Positions 11,766 to 25,940 of a stretch of 64,000 nt of DNA are shown piece after piece. The notes beneath the pieces were generated by a model that saw only the letters and a list, made by a program, of their open reading frames with translations, was not told the origin of the DNA and searched no databases. Origin of the DNA: Amoeboaphelidium protococcarum X5 (Eukaryota > Fungi > Aphelidiomycota); the NCBI GenBank assembly GCA_023515725.1, contig JALDTO010000154.1, positions 316,407 through 380,406 on the forward strand. Reading direction: 5' to 3'. Made by a program: the position numbers and the translations under genes. Within the stretch, counting starts at the first letter, position 1, and each line of letters starts with the position of its first letter.

Positions 11766-14437
11766 TCAAGGACCAGAGACCACCTACTTCACCAAGCTCC
11801 TTGACCATCTGATAACTTCGCGTGTCTGAACAGAGAACGATCTGTCAGCTCTTGCCTCTTTGAAGAAAGCTTCCACCCACGCGCCAGTGAGAAACTGTTT
11901 CAGATCAGCGCCCATCGCGTCGGCCATATCGCCCAAGAGACCAATAGCACCTCTCACCAGTGGCTCCGTCTTGTTCTAATCTTGGAAGATCTCATACACA
12001 AAGGCAAGCATCGTCTCCGCGTATTACAGCAGCAGCTTGCCTTTGCCGTTCATCTTAAATCCTTAGACGATTCCGGTCAATGCTTCCAAAATACCTTCTC
12101 GCAACGTACACACATAGTCGACCATGTCCAAATCATGTGGGTCGGCCTACATCTGAGCCGCCTGTTGCAATACAGTCATTGTCACTTGCAAAAATGGCTC
12201 AAACTTTGATTCAATCGCAAGGGATATGTCTCCAAAGCACGATAAAATGGGCGGCTTCACCTCCCTGTGCAAAACTTCACTTTATAGATTTTAGACTAGC
12301 AGAGTCATAAACTTCTCGCAGTACACTACCACTTAATCATTCAATGCACGACAAAGATCTCCAACGACGCCAACGGCAATCTAACACAATTAATGCTCAG
12401 TATGATTCTACAAAGCCTGGCAAAGGAAAGGTACAAACATATCTGCATAGCGTTAAAAGTCCTGCCCCATGCAGTTAATAAGGACTCCGATAGCAACAAA
12501 GACGTCTTCCACAGTCGTGGTATTTTTTGAAGACTGAGTGAGAATCTTCAGCAGAGATGTCATAATGCGATCAGAGTACGCAGTAATTCCTCTCTTTAAT
12601 CTTCTGGCCAAACTTTATACTACAGAGCACAGAGCAAGTTACAGCTCAGCCTGTTCATTTAAATCATCCGCTCCCAATGCCTAACTTCCTTATTGTATAG
12701 AAAACTCAAGTCGCGAGAGAACAACGTTGGCTGCATTATCAACAGTTTTAAGACAATCTTAAGCACAGTATTAAATGAAATTAGCCAGCGCTTCGTACGC
12801 GGAAGTCTTCAACTAATGCTCTACTGCATCACTTCTCTGGGCTGCATTTAACAATGCATTCACCGCGGCATCAAAGAAAGGTGAAAGAGCATATGTCACC
12901 TCGTCCTGGTCATCCACACCTAGTTCATTAGCCAAATTCATCAATGCCCACGAAGCACTAGCAGCCACCTTAGGGGAGTCTTATAGAGCTCTAAGCAGCG
13001 CCTCAATGACCGAGGTAAGCATCTGACTGCCTTTAATACATGCAGAATGTAATTCACAAATCTTGCCCAAGGTCCACGCAGCTCCATCTTTTACTTGCAC
13101 ATTTTGATCACTCATCAGCTGCAATAGAACTGGCATTGCCTAAGTAATCAGCTGCTATAGTATCTAGCTATCCGGACCATTCAGGATGGAGCCAAACGCC
13201 ATGACTGAAGCTTCTCTCAATCTCCACTCTGACTTGGTAATGTTAGCCTCTACAAACGGAACAACCAATGGTACAACATCGTTCTAAATACACTCGGCAA
13301 ACAGAGACAAAGCAGTAGCTGCAGCCATAAAAGGTGTCCATTCATCCTCATCTATACCCTCTTCCTACTAAGTCAGCAGTTGCAATAAGACAGGCACGAC
13401 ATTGGGAGCAGCAGCTCTAGCAAAGTTCTGACTGACTCTTTCTGGTTACTCACCAAACTCCATAGCCTCCTCTGCCTCTTCCATCAACGCGATTTCTTCA
13501 TCACAAACGGTTGACCAAAATTCTATGGCCTAAAGAGCAATGTTAGTGTCTTGACTAGTCATTCCATTAATAGTCAGCCCAAATAGAGCCTGTCGCATGT
13601 ATACCAGCATATGATCATAGTACAGAGACATTATTCTGACCAGACACTCAAATGCAGCACTCACAACTTCTCCACTCTCCGTGACTGTGGTGGCCTCACA
13701 AACAACTTGCATTATAAAGTCCCGCTCTTTAGGATTGTCGAAATTGCGTCTAATAAACTCCAACGAATTGGTCATAGCTCTAAGAGCTGCGATAAGAATG
13801 GCAGGACTCTGACCTTTGCGCGCACCTTGCACAACTGCAGTCAGAATTTCATTGGAATAATTCTCCAAGGCTTCAGGTGCAACTTCTTCGCAAAGAAAAC
13901 CAATGGTCTGCAAAGTGGCCTACTTTAATTCATTAGAACTTGACTACGCAGCGACATTATTCATCAGCGTTTAGATAAGTTCTGGCCATGCATTCATAGG
14001 CAACTCTATGGCTGCAATTACAGCAATGGCCTAACCAGCAGTCGTGGTCACCAGCTTTTCAGTGGCAGTCAGAGCCGAGAGAGTCAACTGCTTCACCTGA
14101 CTCTTGACACCGCTATCAACAGTCTGCCATTTCTACTGTAATAACACCCGTCTGGCAAAATCCTTGGCGGTTAAATTATTCTTCAGTTGCAGACCAGCAG
14201 CAGATCTCATAGCTGGCGCCTGGTCTCCTCTAGCCAGCTCAGTGGCAAGACCCAACACGAATTGTCCAAAGTTCTCCTACGCGGCTTATTGCAACTGACG
14301 CAAAGCCTGGTCTCTTTCAGACTGGACTACACGATTCAAGATTAAATTCACAATCAACTGTGCTCAGTCACGTAATTAATTCAAGTCATACCTGGTGAGA
14401 GAGTCTTGGCAAAAATCTACCCAAAGTTAACGCTCAT
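11766..14437 (-). CDS. KAP95: Importin subunit beta-1; intron 14327-14391
   Basis: [56 protein letters not shown]. 868 aa after splicing. Confidence 0.95.
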
Positions 14438-14911
14438 ATTCCTAAATACTCGAGGTGATGTTTAATGTTCAGAAAGAAGACAAGATCTCAGTTAGGCACT
14501 TCTCTGCTGGTTGAATGAAAAAAAGAGTCACCGCGTTTAAAGACAGACGGCGGAAAGCACAACACCGAGCGCAATGGACGAAATAAATACTCAACTTCTC
14601 TCGGCTCTATCAAAGTCAAATCTCGCCAGGCCAGGAGGATGATTGAATGCTTCTCTTCGAGTTCGACAGAAAGCGGGCAGTGGCGAAAACTTTAAACGCG
14701 TTTCAACAAGTGCCGTCTTTGATTGCCGAGTTGATTGACAACCGCGCGAGGTGACTTGTGTTGAGAAGTGAAACGGGCCTCGTATCAGAGCAACAGCTTA
14801 TAAATAGCCCTGATTTTACACAAATGCTATAATCAACAATTATTTACAGATACCATGTTTTCTTTTACACTTATTCAAATGCATTAGCAGGTTTATAACA
14901 ATACAGTAATC

Positions 14912-17491
14912 ATGGATTCGGTGTAAGAATCAGATCGAAACGTTCACGGTGGAATGGACCAGCAGCTGCTAAATGTTAAAACTCAAGCATCAGATATCCA
15001 GTCATCACAGTAACTAGTGCTTAAAAGTTCTATTATTGCAATGGTTGATAACGCAGAACAGTCAATCTAATAGCAACAATAACAACAGGTTCATTCGTAA
15101 ATTTAATAGAAGAGAAAGGTGAGTTAAATGAAGGCTCGTAAATCGGCACCTGAAAAGTTTGACTAGCAGAAGCTGGCCCTATCCTCTAGAGTTGATAATG
15201 GCAGTAAGCTCTCTCCTACACCTGAAAGCCCGTAAAGTCCGTCATAGAAGCCATTGACGCGTAGAGGACACAAGAAACTTAAATCTGGAGATAGGCGAAG
15301 GATCCGCGAGAGTTTGAAGGAGAGCTAGAAGAAACTGCTGAACTAGGGTGGACCTGCATCATTCGTGTTGGGACCACAAGTACATTCATAATAGCGAAAA
15401 TCCTCATCAAGTTTCCGAAAGTCATTGTCAATGAACGATTTATAGAGAGAGCATAATGTATTATTTTCCACAGATTTATTATGTGATATCAGCGCGACGA
15501 CGTAAAGCAGAAACTAGGCAGGTTTCGATTAATCAGATGTCAAACGTCAAGAGAAAGCTTAAGCTGCAGCGATTACCATCCAACGTTATTATAGATTCTA
15601 TAGAATGAAAAGACATTATGGTCTCATGCTGGATAAAATGTAATAGAGTCGCAATCTGTCATTGATTAAGGAAAGCAGACGGAAAAGCGTCATGTTAATG
15701 CTCGCTCATGCTAATCAGATCAGTCCATCATAAGAGTTGCTCTTGAGGTTTCAACTAGAATCATAAACGTCACCAAGCTCAGAATCTTAGATACAGCATG
15801 ATACATAGACATCGACGCTATTGTCAAATGAAATGCTAGATGCATAGAAGGAGAAAAAAGCAATTAGAAAAGTCACCAACTTATTTAACGAGAATCCATC
15901 CAAGGGAATATAAAGCGCGATTTAAATGGCTCAATGTGGCTCCGACTCTAAAGATGTCGCGAAATTTTTATTATCTCATCCAGGACTATCCAAAGTGAAA
16001 ATTGGGGAGTATCTTGGCATAGGTGATTCCATGTCAAACTAGGTGCTACATCATTTTGTTGATGAATTAGATTTTTAGAATCTGTCGTTTGATGATGCGC
16101 TCAGAATGTTGTTATAAACCTTCCGACTGCCCGGAGAAGCGTAGAAGATTGATCGTATTATGAACGAGTTTGCTCGAAAGTTTTGTCAAGACAACTCTGA
16201 CGTGTTTCAGTCCCCAGATACTGCTTATATTTTGGCGTTTAGTTTGATTATGCTGAACACTGATGCCCATAATCCGAATGTGAAGAAGAAAATGTCACTG
16301 ACTGACTTTCTGCGTAATAATCGCGGTATTAATAATAAGGAAGATCTTCCTCGTCCTTTTATGGAGTAACTTTATTATAACATCATAAACAACGAGATAA
16401 AGATGAATGACCATGATGGTGAGTGGCATTTTCGTGATATTTTATCCAAGCTGGAGGGAAAACAAGATGCTCTTCAGACAGCGGGGCGTGAAGTAGTTGC
16501 TGAATTCACTGCATACTAAATTCCTGATATAGGCAAACCTAACACTCACAGGCACGAGCGGACTTTATTCGTCTGCAATGATTTACTTCTGATTGTTAAG
16601 CCGCGACACGGAATGCAGTTGAGTTAATATGTGACAATGTAAAGTGATTCGCACGCGTCCTTGTCGAGATCTAATCTATCAAAGAACGTGGCCGATTTGA
16701 GGGAGCGCGAATAGCAATACTCTGGTAGAGAGAGGGTGTCCAGTGCTAGTGGAACTGTGTCGTCTCGTCCTAGCAGTGCAGTGGCTGGTGTTAGATACTA
16801 ATTTAGATACTTTTTCAATTATATCACAATGTCGGCTCTATCGAAAAGTTCGGCCTGTCATCCCTTCATTGTCCAGTTGGTGAATATTAATGGACATTTG
16901 ATTGATCTTGGCTTTAGTCACAAAGAAGAGTAGGAGCGCTTTCTGGAAGTACTGCGCGCTCAGATTGAGGATGAAGAGGAGAGGGAGTTGGATAAGAAAC
17001 GCAAGTTATCTGAGCTTACCATAAGCAGAGCTGAGGCTGCCAAGTTTATGATTGAGAAAACATACTCCCTTAAAGATTTAAGTTATGATGAGCTCTCGCA
17101 TTCTTAAAGCTCGATCACTGATGAATCTGCAGGTTAAGGACAGCTGGGTCCGAAGCACCGATTTTCTCAATATGGAAGCTTACGAGATGCGCGTACGGCT
17201 TTAAAAGCCCAGGCAGCGTTCTTGCGCGGTAAATCTAGTAAGAAGACTGCCCAAGAAGCCAAGGATGTTGAGTAGATTCAGACTGATCTGAAAGCTTTCA
17301 GCGTGCAATACAAGTTGTCAGTTCCGTCGCCCAGTCCACAGAATGCCAATCACCCGGCGAATGATGCTTTGATTGAGGCGGATGAGTTGTCGCCGCCATT
17401 GTAAGGTAGTAACGACAATCTGGCAAAGGGTGATGGTAGACTAAGAATACGACGGAAAACTATTACAGATTTGGGCACACTAGGAAATTGA
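14912..17491 (+). CDS. IQ motif + Sec7 + PH-like Arf-GEF (IQSEC/BRAG-like), 859 aa
   Basis: IQ motif AAITIQRYYRFY; Sec7 motifs FRLPGEAQKIDRI (Q=TAG) and YILAFSLIMLNTDAHNPNV; PH-like HERTLFVCNDLLLIVK. Confidence 0.85.
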
Positions 17492-17667
17492 CTTCGAGCT
17501 TGTTGAAAATTTGGTCTTCATATATATTTTTACTTGTTTCAATCGCTCATGTTCTAGAATGTTCTACCTGTTTCGCGATGAAATGGACAATCTGAATACA
17601 AAATGTCATGATCTAACTCACAACATCTCTTTTTATTAATTACAATTAAAATATCTTAAAGAACATT

Positions 17668-18285
17668 ATGTTTGCATACTATCCTTGCTATTATTAAGAT
17701 ACTACTCCTCTGGTGTTTGGTACACCTTATGCTCAACAGAACTGGTACCCAGACTACGCGGTGCATGATTGGTGCCCTCAATCTTAGCGAAGAAGGAAGA
17801 CTCCAAAGCGCAGACATCGATCTTCTTAAAACTCTCAATAAAGTATCTCTGCTGCAAGTGTTATCTAAAGAGCATATAGATCTTATACTTTAAGAAAGAG
17901 ATTGCACGCTCTAGCTGTGATTCGTCGATTCTTGGATCGCGTGGCTATCAAATTGGAAGTGTAACGTTAGGTAATCTCACCTCTAAAGTAAATATATAAA
18001 ATCCAATAAGAGTTGAGTGACATTAACGATCTGCACTGCGATGTATTTTGGGGCAATCTCAGCTTCATAAATGGACACCTCGATTACTCTAATGCGAATA
18101 ACAAATCGTTCTTGCTATTTGAAGATAAGTTGACCAAGTTGCTACTGAAACTGGACTCTATTCAATCCAATGGCCGTGAAGAAGTCCAGACTCGAAGGAA
18201 AGCTGCTATAAAGAAAGTCCAATAATGCCTCACTGAATGTGATAACTACAGAGCTGAACAGTTGCACAGTGCAATTGAACAGTGA
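17668..18285 (+). CDS. IQ-motif + BAG-domain protein (205 aa)
   Basis: IQ motif AASVIQRAYRSY..RKR; BAG domain FEDKLTKLLLKLDSIQSNGREEVQTRRKAAIKKVQ. Confidence 0.8.
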
Positions 18286-18335
18286 ACAACAAATATCGTG
18301 TAAAATAAATCCCCATCCTCTATTTTTATCATAAC

Positions 18336-18926
18336 TCACATTTACTATTTTAATTTTGCTGCCCAATGCTTGGTAGTGCGAGGAATTACACCCAGATTGA
18401 CCGCGAAATTTATAGTCTTGACCAGTCTGCGCTGGTTCCCCGACGACAAACCAGTCACCCTCCGCGGCAGTACCTGGCCCAAATCATTAACGTATTCAGA
18501 GAGGAATATAGCATTCTTGTATTCTCTGGACACGTCGACTCCAGTTTTGGTCATCCAATCGACATTACGCGTAACACTATCATTAGAACTTTGTGTATTC
18601 CAGTACCACATATCATGGACGCGACTGTATCTATTACGCGCATTAAATTCGCTTATAGACAAGTTCAGATCTTCATCAGAATAGTTATGACCAGATTCAA
18701 ATTTCAGTTTTCTGTCGCCAAAATTAGCGCTGCTATTGGTCTAATCAATCAACTCTGCCTTGCTCCGGCTACTTTTACTCATGATAGAGCTTATAGAGTT
18801 GGTATTACGTTCAGCGACTCTCTTGCTTGTAGACTTGACGTCTGACAGAATCTACTCAATCTCATTATGGGCACTTTTACGCGCCTTGGCATCATTAAAT
18901 ACACGCTTTATGCAATTTCTAATCAT
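18336..18926 (-). CDS. RSM18: Mitochondrial ribosomal protein bS18m
   Basis: EYKNAIFLSEYVNDLGQVLPRRVTGLSSGNQRRLVKTI..AVNLGVIP; basic N-terminal presequence. Confidence 0.85.
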
Positions 18927-19057
18927 TTTGAATTTACAATCAGTAACTTTAACAGAGTTTTCTAGAAAATTTTAAATTCTTTGATGACAAACGAGCGCGT
19001 TGAATTTCGCTCTCATTTCAATAGTTTTGACAAGAAATACGTCAGAAGAGATTTAAA

Positions 19058-19585
19058 ATGTTAAGACTAACGCGTCGATTGTAATCTAATTAAGCCGCAT
19101 ATTCAGCCAAGAATCTAGCTGGAGCTGCCTCCTAATAGAGCAGTAAGAAGGGATCCTAAAAGACTAAATAGAGAAAGCATCAATAGTAGCATGGGAAGGC
19201 ATCGTAAAAGCCTGTGCCAAATCAGTAGCTAAAAGTGATGGAAGTTGATGCTCATCCGATAGACACCACCGCTCCCTATCAGTTCCTCAAGTCATCATCT
19301 GGGTATACATATCGCGATCATTTGACCTTGTTAAATCCTGAAAAGTGTCGATCAGAGAAGTTGCGATCCATGCTCCCATAAGTGATGAAGAGTACGGATC
19401 ATTAGGAGTATCTTTAGTCCATGCTTGACGCGTTAAATATGAATCCACAGTACAGTCTGAAAGATAAAGTGGAAATGCTAGAGTTGGCATGCGATTTCTT
19501 TATCAAGAATCAGGGAGGCAAAGCTACTGATTACTAATTTGAATCATTAAAGGGAACGCCGTAAGAGAAGATGACGCGTATATGA
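19058..19585 (+). CDS. Mitochondrion-targeted protein, possibly mS31-like mitoribosomal protein (175 aa)
   Basis: MLRLTRRLQS presequence. ALNMNPQYSLKDKVEMLE resembles the mS31 motif GLSKNPYLSVKQKVEHIE. Confidence 0.5.
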
Positions 19586-19644
19586 AATACAATTTGATAC
19601 GTCTACAGCAGAGAAACAACGTTTATTCATATAGACTATCTTTC

Positions 19645-20188
19645 TCATACTTTGGGCGTATATCCAGGTGGAAATCCTCTTGGGTGTGGCATCTTTGTAA
19701 AATGAGGCACTACACAATTCAACTTTAATCATTAATGATTTTACAGCTTAAAAACAAATACTCACCTGCTGTGATAGGCTTCCGATGTCCTTTAGGATCT
19801 CTACTAAACACGTAATACTTTTCCACAGGCTTCAGATCGGACTCCTTCTTCCACTGACCATTTTCAATTTATGACTACACATAGACACTTGCAATATAAA
19901 ATGATATGATCAGTAAGATTGGAAATCAGCGGTATATATATTACGCGTGATGAAAATGGAACTTTAGATTCGAGCAGTGTCTATATCACAGAGTCGACCT
20001 ACTTGAGCCGCTTTCTAACATTTCTCTTTTGTGTGTGACTTAGAAAGAATGGCCTTCTTGCAAATCTACACACTCACTTTAATTAATTCGATATCAGCAA
20101 TTACGTGTCATTCTAAATATACAGTAACAAATATCTACCTCACTTGACCCACCTGGGCGATAAATGAAGGTTTAAACGCGCCAAACAT
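19645..20188 (-). CDS. MRPL31: Mitochondrial ribosomal protein mL60 (fungal MRPL31); three short introns
   Basis: MFGAFKPS, LSHTQKRNVRKRLKQVDSVI, EKYYVFSRDPKGHRKPI / VPHFTK...PPGY*. Exact splice sites approximate. Confidence 0.75.
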
Positions 20189-20444
20189 ATTTCTGCTTTT
20201 TGAGATATTTTTTACTCAAGCGTTTCACTCAAAACAGGAAAATGTAAGCGACACCAAAAAGTCGTTCGTTGTCGAGTCTTTTTGTGTGTTGATCAATCCG
20301 GGCGAGATGTTTGAGCTAAGGTTGATACGAAAGAGCGAGCGAATGAGACGCGTTCGATTAAAATTTTTTGATCACTCTCTCTTCTCTTCTTCTGTTATCA
20401 CAACTATTACATTTGCATCAACAATTTAAGAAGATAGATTCAAG

Positions 20445-20513
20445 ATGCGTGAGAAGTGGAGAAAGAAGCGTATGAGAAGATTGAAGAGAAAGCGTCGTAA
20501 GAATCGCAAGTGA
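20445..20513 (+). CDS. RPL41: Ribosomal protein eL41 (eS32)
   Basis: MREKWRKKRMRRLKRKRRKNRK*. Confidence 0.92.
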   Translation: MREKWRKKRMRRLKRKRRKNRK

Positions 20514-20643
20514 GCTCTCTATTGACATTATAATAGTGAAAGTTGAAAAAATAAAAGTTACTTATTACCTATTACTATATTTCTTTTGTTTATTTCTCTT
20601 CTTACTTTTTAACTTCTCTTCTTCTTCTACTTCTTTCTACTCA

Positions 20644-21850
20644 TCATTACTTCTACAATGTCTCATCGTCGGAATCCTCAGGAATCACGTCCACCAGTAG
20701 CTTCCAAACTTGCCTTCCCCGACTACAATTGCGCCTTCTAATGTTGGAGTTCTGCACTATCATTTACTTCAGAAACTGAAGAGAGTTACCCAAACCAAAA
20801 TTTTTTATTGCTGTAACCTTGCAGGCTCGCGCAAAATTTTCGACACTTAGGAAGACTCCCAAATCATCTTTTGAAGGATATACTCGTCGCAATTGCTATA
20901 CCAGTGAATGCAGCACATTGCAAGGGACGAAGTGGAGACGCTGTCTGATATCAGTTACAGTCAACTCCCAATCATAGTACGCCAGATAGTCAAACTATTC
21001 ACAAGCGCTGTGCAGAGTATTCAAAGATTCTGAAAAGCCGGCAGCATTGTTCCAAATTAGCACGTGCTTCTTATCCGACTAGTCTTTTGACTCTCCTACA
21101 GCACGACTAAACTCCATCCATTCATCATTGGTTGTTAGATCTTCAGACAACTTCACCTTGTAAAAAAACAACTCCTTCTCAAATTTCTGCACTCTGATCA
21201 CTTCATTCATCATTGATTTAAGGACACCTATATGCCGGCGACGCGCAGTAGCCATGTCAGTCCGCGTGCAGCCACAGCAAAGTACAAGAAATCTTCCAAA
21301 TTTTCACCTTCATCTTCATTTTTTAAGTCATACACTTTGCAACCATTAACCAACTCAAACGCGTTTCCTGTAAAGACTTTCTTGTCTTCCTCCCTATCCT
21401 TGATGAGATAGTACTTCTCACCATTAATAATTTAGATATACTTTTGAACGCTTTCTTCTGGAAATATGCCTCCAAGGATGTCCTCAATACTTTTTTCAAT
21501 TGATCGCGTATCAGTCTCTAAATCATTGAACTATCTATCAAATTATAGTAAAAATTGTGCAGCACTAAATCCATAGAAGCAAAGGTTATCTCGCCATACT
21601 ACAGATTACAGCTTTACAATAACCATCCAGAAGATATGTACCATACTGATTCTAGACATCAATGTCAAAATTATTCTAAGCTCAATACTTTTCAACGCTT
21701 AAATTAGTTTACTATATTCTTCCACTAGTACCAATACGACTGACTCTGATGCAAGATCACATTATTTCCAGCATTTGCTAATTTCAAGGCCTTCGTTGTC
21801 ACAATGCCGATATACACCCTTCTGCGCGCATCGGGGAGAACATATTCTTC
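20644..21850 (-). pseudogene. Unknown coding-like region with an apparent frameshift near 21220-21290 (or unresolved introns)
   Basis: Two long TGA-free frames overlap out of phase. No recognisable domain; start not identified. Confidence 0.3.
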
Positions 21851-22078
21851 CCTTTGAACAATTTACGGTAATAATGACTTGGCAGAGCTTGTGATAACCT
21901 GAAAGAAAGAGAACGAGAGTGAGAGAGAAGAGCTATTCCGTGCAGCAACTCGCGATAAAAGCTAGTGTTTCACACGCTTGAAAATATTTTTTAAACTCTT
22001 TGTTGCGCACTGTTCTGTACTCATAATTTAAAGTGCACTACGCCGCTGATTTAATACTACTACAACACTAAAGTGAAA

Positions 22079-24616
22079 ATGAACAAGAAAAAGAGTCAAC
22101 AATAATAATAATAAGTGTCATAGAGTAATGGTGGGAAGTAGGGAGTGTCCGAGACATTTCTGTCACCGCCAGTGGAGGAAGCATTGCATGAAATATTGAG
22201 AGACTGGCCTCAACTGGTGCCAAGCATAGAGCAGATTGAGCGTAATGAAACAGACTACAATCCCATCACTCTGGCGCTAGAACTGCTTGATACAACTAAT
22301 CCTGCATCCAAGTCTCCGGATATGTTCTTATAGTCTCTGGGCAAGCTGGAACATGCGATGGAAGTCTTGGTGGATGAATACTACACTCCATTTAATGCCA
22401 GTATTTAGACGTACAGCCAAGTGTCACAAATGGTTGGATCATCGCTCACATCAGCCACCACGATCAAGAGTGATCTGGTCAAGTGTATTACTCTGCTCTC
22501 TGAACGACGTAATGACCGTATGAATTAGGAACTTCTGTCCGTGTGGACCAAGTCTGTCAAGGTGAAGGAGATGCTCAAGATGTTCACGCAGATTGATGAA
22601 CTTGTCCAGACTCCTGCGAAGATATAAACGTTAATGGCGGATTCAGAGTATGTACAGGCTGCCAAGTTGTTACTTTCAAGTCTCAAGAAACTTGGCGTCG
22701 GTCAGTCATAAACTAGTGGTTTGAATGAAGTCCAAGGGCTGAAGTAGTTGACTGATAATCTTCTAGTGCTGCGTAAAGAACTTCCATCACAGATATTGAA
22801 CCATTTGGTGGAGATCATGTTTGGACATGGCGATTATTATCAGTAAAACTTGTTTAGTTCTGGTCGCTAGTTCAGTATTGAAAATAGTGGTGGTTATGGT
22901 ATAGACGGTGATATTCATCATCCAGGTAAAGAGAATGATAACTTTATCCCTGGACATATCCACCATAATCGAGACAAATCTAACTCCGTGTAAGGCAAAG
23001 GTGGCGGTAAAGTTTCTACTATTGCTAGCAACACTCGCAATGATGGTAATAAAGATGTTTTTCATCTTGTCAGTATGTGCGTCTAAGCTTTAGATTTATT
23101 TGATAAGGTGAATGAATCTGCAGCTGAGATTAAAAGTAGACTGAGCAATGAAATGTTCAAAGTTACTGAGGCTGTAATAAAGTAATTTGAGTCCAATTTT
23201 GGTTAGACGAAAGGTTAACTAAAGCAGTTTAAGAAGAAGACTGCGAACTTGGTATTGAATGAAGTTTTCAATCTGAAGAAGAAGGACCCTTTATGGACAT
23301 TGCTTAAAGGAGAAGATGAATAGTAGCGGAAATTGTTACTTCTTCTATTCTCCTAACTGTTTGAGAGGTATAGATGGATTTATTAGATGAATTAGTATGT
23401 GGTGAATTGCCTCAAAGATTCTTACATGTCAGAGTCCATGGAGAAGATGTATTATCTGTAGGTGACTGATGGGCGAAAGAGTCCTGTGAAGGATAAGGTG
23501 CTACGCTTATCTGCTGTAGACTCATGGAATGCCATTTAGACAGAGCTGAAAGATATTTTGGAGTTGTATTTGGACATTTAATCTCACCAGATTTAAGATA
23601 AGCCACTGCCTATTGTAAAGCCTTAATAAGGAGCTTCTGGCAATTCATATAATGGCGCTGGATAAAAGTCAATTTTCTAAATCGCCACTGAAAGCATTAC
23701 CGGCGTGACTCAGTCTGCCAAAAGCACCAGCAGTCCACTGAAATCAAAGCCTGAAGATGTATAATTGCGCCCACAATCTACTCAGGTCCCCGTGGCCACC
23801 AATACATCGGGAACTTAAAGACATTAACTTTTAGTAGATGGTAGCATTGCCAATATCCTCACTTTGTATAAGCCATGTGTCGACTTTGCAGCTTTAATGG
23901 AGGCTAACTTCTTGAATAGATTCGAGCGCCGTAGTGAAATATTCTCATTTCTCAACACCGCGTTGGGTACGCAGTTTATTGAATACATGAACAAGATGGT
24001 GGTGGAGAGTCGATACAACACCACTGTAATGGTTGATGACGCGTTTGACATTGACTCGGAGTCTGATGACTATTATCTGGTGCAAAGATGCTTTCCCTCA
24101 ATGTCTGCTCTGCTCTACGATGTCTATGTGGTATAACACAGAATGCTCATGTTTGCTGATAAATTACAAGTTATAGTTGACAAGTGCATGAATTAGTTTA
24201 TTAGCTCTTGTTCAGCGTACTTTGAGAAGACTGCAAGCAGGATAAATTCTGGCCTATCAAGCGAGTATGCTAGTAGTAAGATTGCTATTGATGTTTTGCA
24301 ATTGGATCAAGTCACTTCAGTGTATCGTCAAGTTTTTACTGGTAGTAATGATGGTGGGAATTCGGGCGCACTTAATAATTTGGGGAATCACGATAAACTG
24401 GAATTGACAATTGATGAAATGCACTCTATTAAGCAGCGATTCATTGAATAACGCTTTGGAGAAGAATTTGCATTCATTAATGTTGATTACTCTAGCGTGG
24501 ATTCTATCGCCAACTTGTACGTCTCTCTGCGATGGTTCACCCGTTCCATTGAATGTATCCCTGTTAGATTGGCAAATGTTCCATCTCAGACCGCTTCGCC
24601 TAGTGTACAGCGGTGA
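22079..24616 (+). CDS. SEC8: Exocyst component Sec8/EXOC4 (845 aa; C-terminus shorter than typical)
   Basis: YNPITLALELLD, LVDEYYTPFNASIQTYSQV, EMLKMFTQIDELVQTPAKIQ. First in-frame TGA at 24614. Confidence 0.8.
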
Positions 24617-24741
24617 TTCTGTAAAATTACTCGTTTTGTTATTGTATCTTTTTTTGAGGTTTTCAGTAGTTATTTTCACTCACGTACTGTAATACTTATT
24701 AAATTCGAAGTTGTTTTAGCTATAACGCGTCAGGTTTAGTC

Positions 24742-25830
24742 ATGACGTTGACTCCCAGCGAAATTATAGCAAGGTGCCAAAGTAAGTATATATCTACTAA
24801 AAGTCAATGAATGCGAAATTTACTATTATATCTTGTAGATTTAAAGTAACGAATAAACGTAAAATCTCAATCTGATAATGTCAAGAGCGATGGGACGAGT
24901 ATGCAAACAGAGTGTATCCAAGAAATCGCCATGTTAGAATCCTAAATGCACCAGGTGCGCTCTCAAATGCCAGCATACGATGTGAAAATGTGCTCAGATA
25001 TTCTTACATCTTTAAAGCGATAATTGGATTCTTATAGTCAAGTTGCGCGTCCAAGATTTTAATTCAAGAGCACGTCGCGGTAACGTGAAGCTGATTAGAC
25101 TTTTTTAAGTAAAGACTCAGTGGATTCAGTTTAGTAGATATGCGGTAAAGCTAAAGATTAAGAATCTGACGATAATCAGGAACTGTTGGCTGTCAGCGAA
25201 CAGTGTTTTAGTATTTGTGACGTTCATCATTGCCATCAGTTACCTGAATCATTGCGGAGTCTGTTGGTAACTGCTAATCATTAGACTCTCTCTGTTAAAA
25301 ACTGTTCATTCGCCATAATTGATCTTCAAAGCATTAGATATGAGCCAAAGTCTCTGCGTATATCAAATTTACAGTCATGCCTGGTGATTGCTCCTCCTGT
25401 TGATGGACCGGTGTTTGTAGATGGCGTAACAGAGTCTCTTATCATCTGTCATTGCAAGCAGTTGCGCGTTCATAACAGTTCTGATGTAAAGTTCATTGGA
25501 TTTAGCTCAAGTTCACCTGTAATTGAGAATTGTACACGGCTCACCTTTGCAGATTGTCGCGATTTTTATAAGCATTATGAAAATAAAGATTATGTCGTTT
25601 AAGGTAGTAGCGACTAATAGAATGATGGATCTTAAATCGTTGGACCAGTTAATAAGTTTTATCAAGTGCAAGATTTTGGATGGCTTCAAGCTGGGCAGAG
25701 TCCAAACTTTAAAATTGATAATTCTGTGTCTGACGTTACAAGTCATATTTAAGAGTAGATTTAGATTTTCTCTGATAATATTCGATAGCAGCAATAGCAA
25801 GAACAGAAATGTGATATAGGTAGAACATGA
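24742..25830 (+). CDS. TBCC: Tubulin-specific chaperone C; intron ~24782-24838
   Basis: MPAYDVK..RPRFQFK, VDGPVFVD..CKQLRVHNS..SSPVIENC, VQDFGWLQAGQSPNF. Confidence 0.88.
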
Positions 25831-25940
25831 ATAAATTAGCATAAAGTTACAAAGCTAGTACTCTTATTAACGTCCAACCTCAAGCGTACTCTATTTCGAG
25901 CGTCATAACACGTTGATACTCGCCAAAGTGTTCACCAAGT

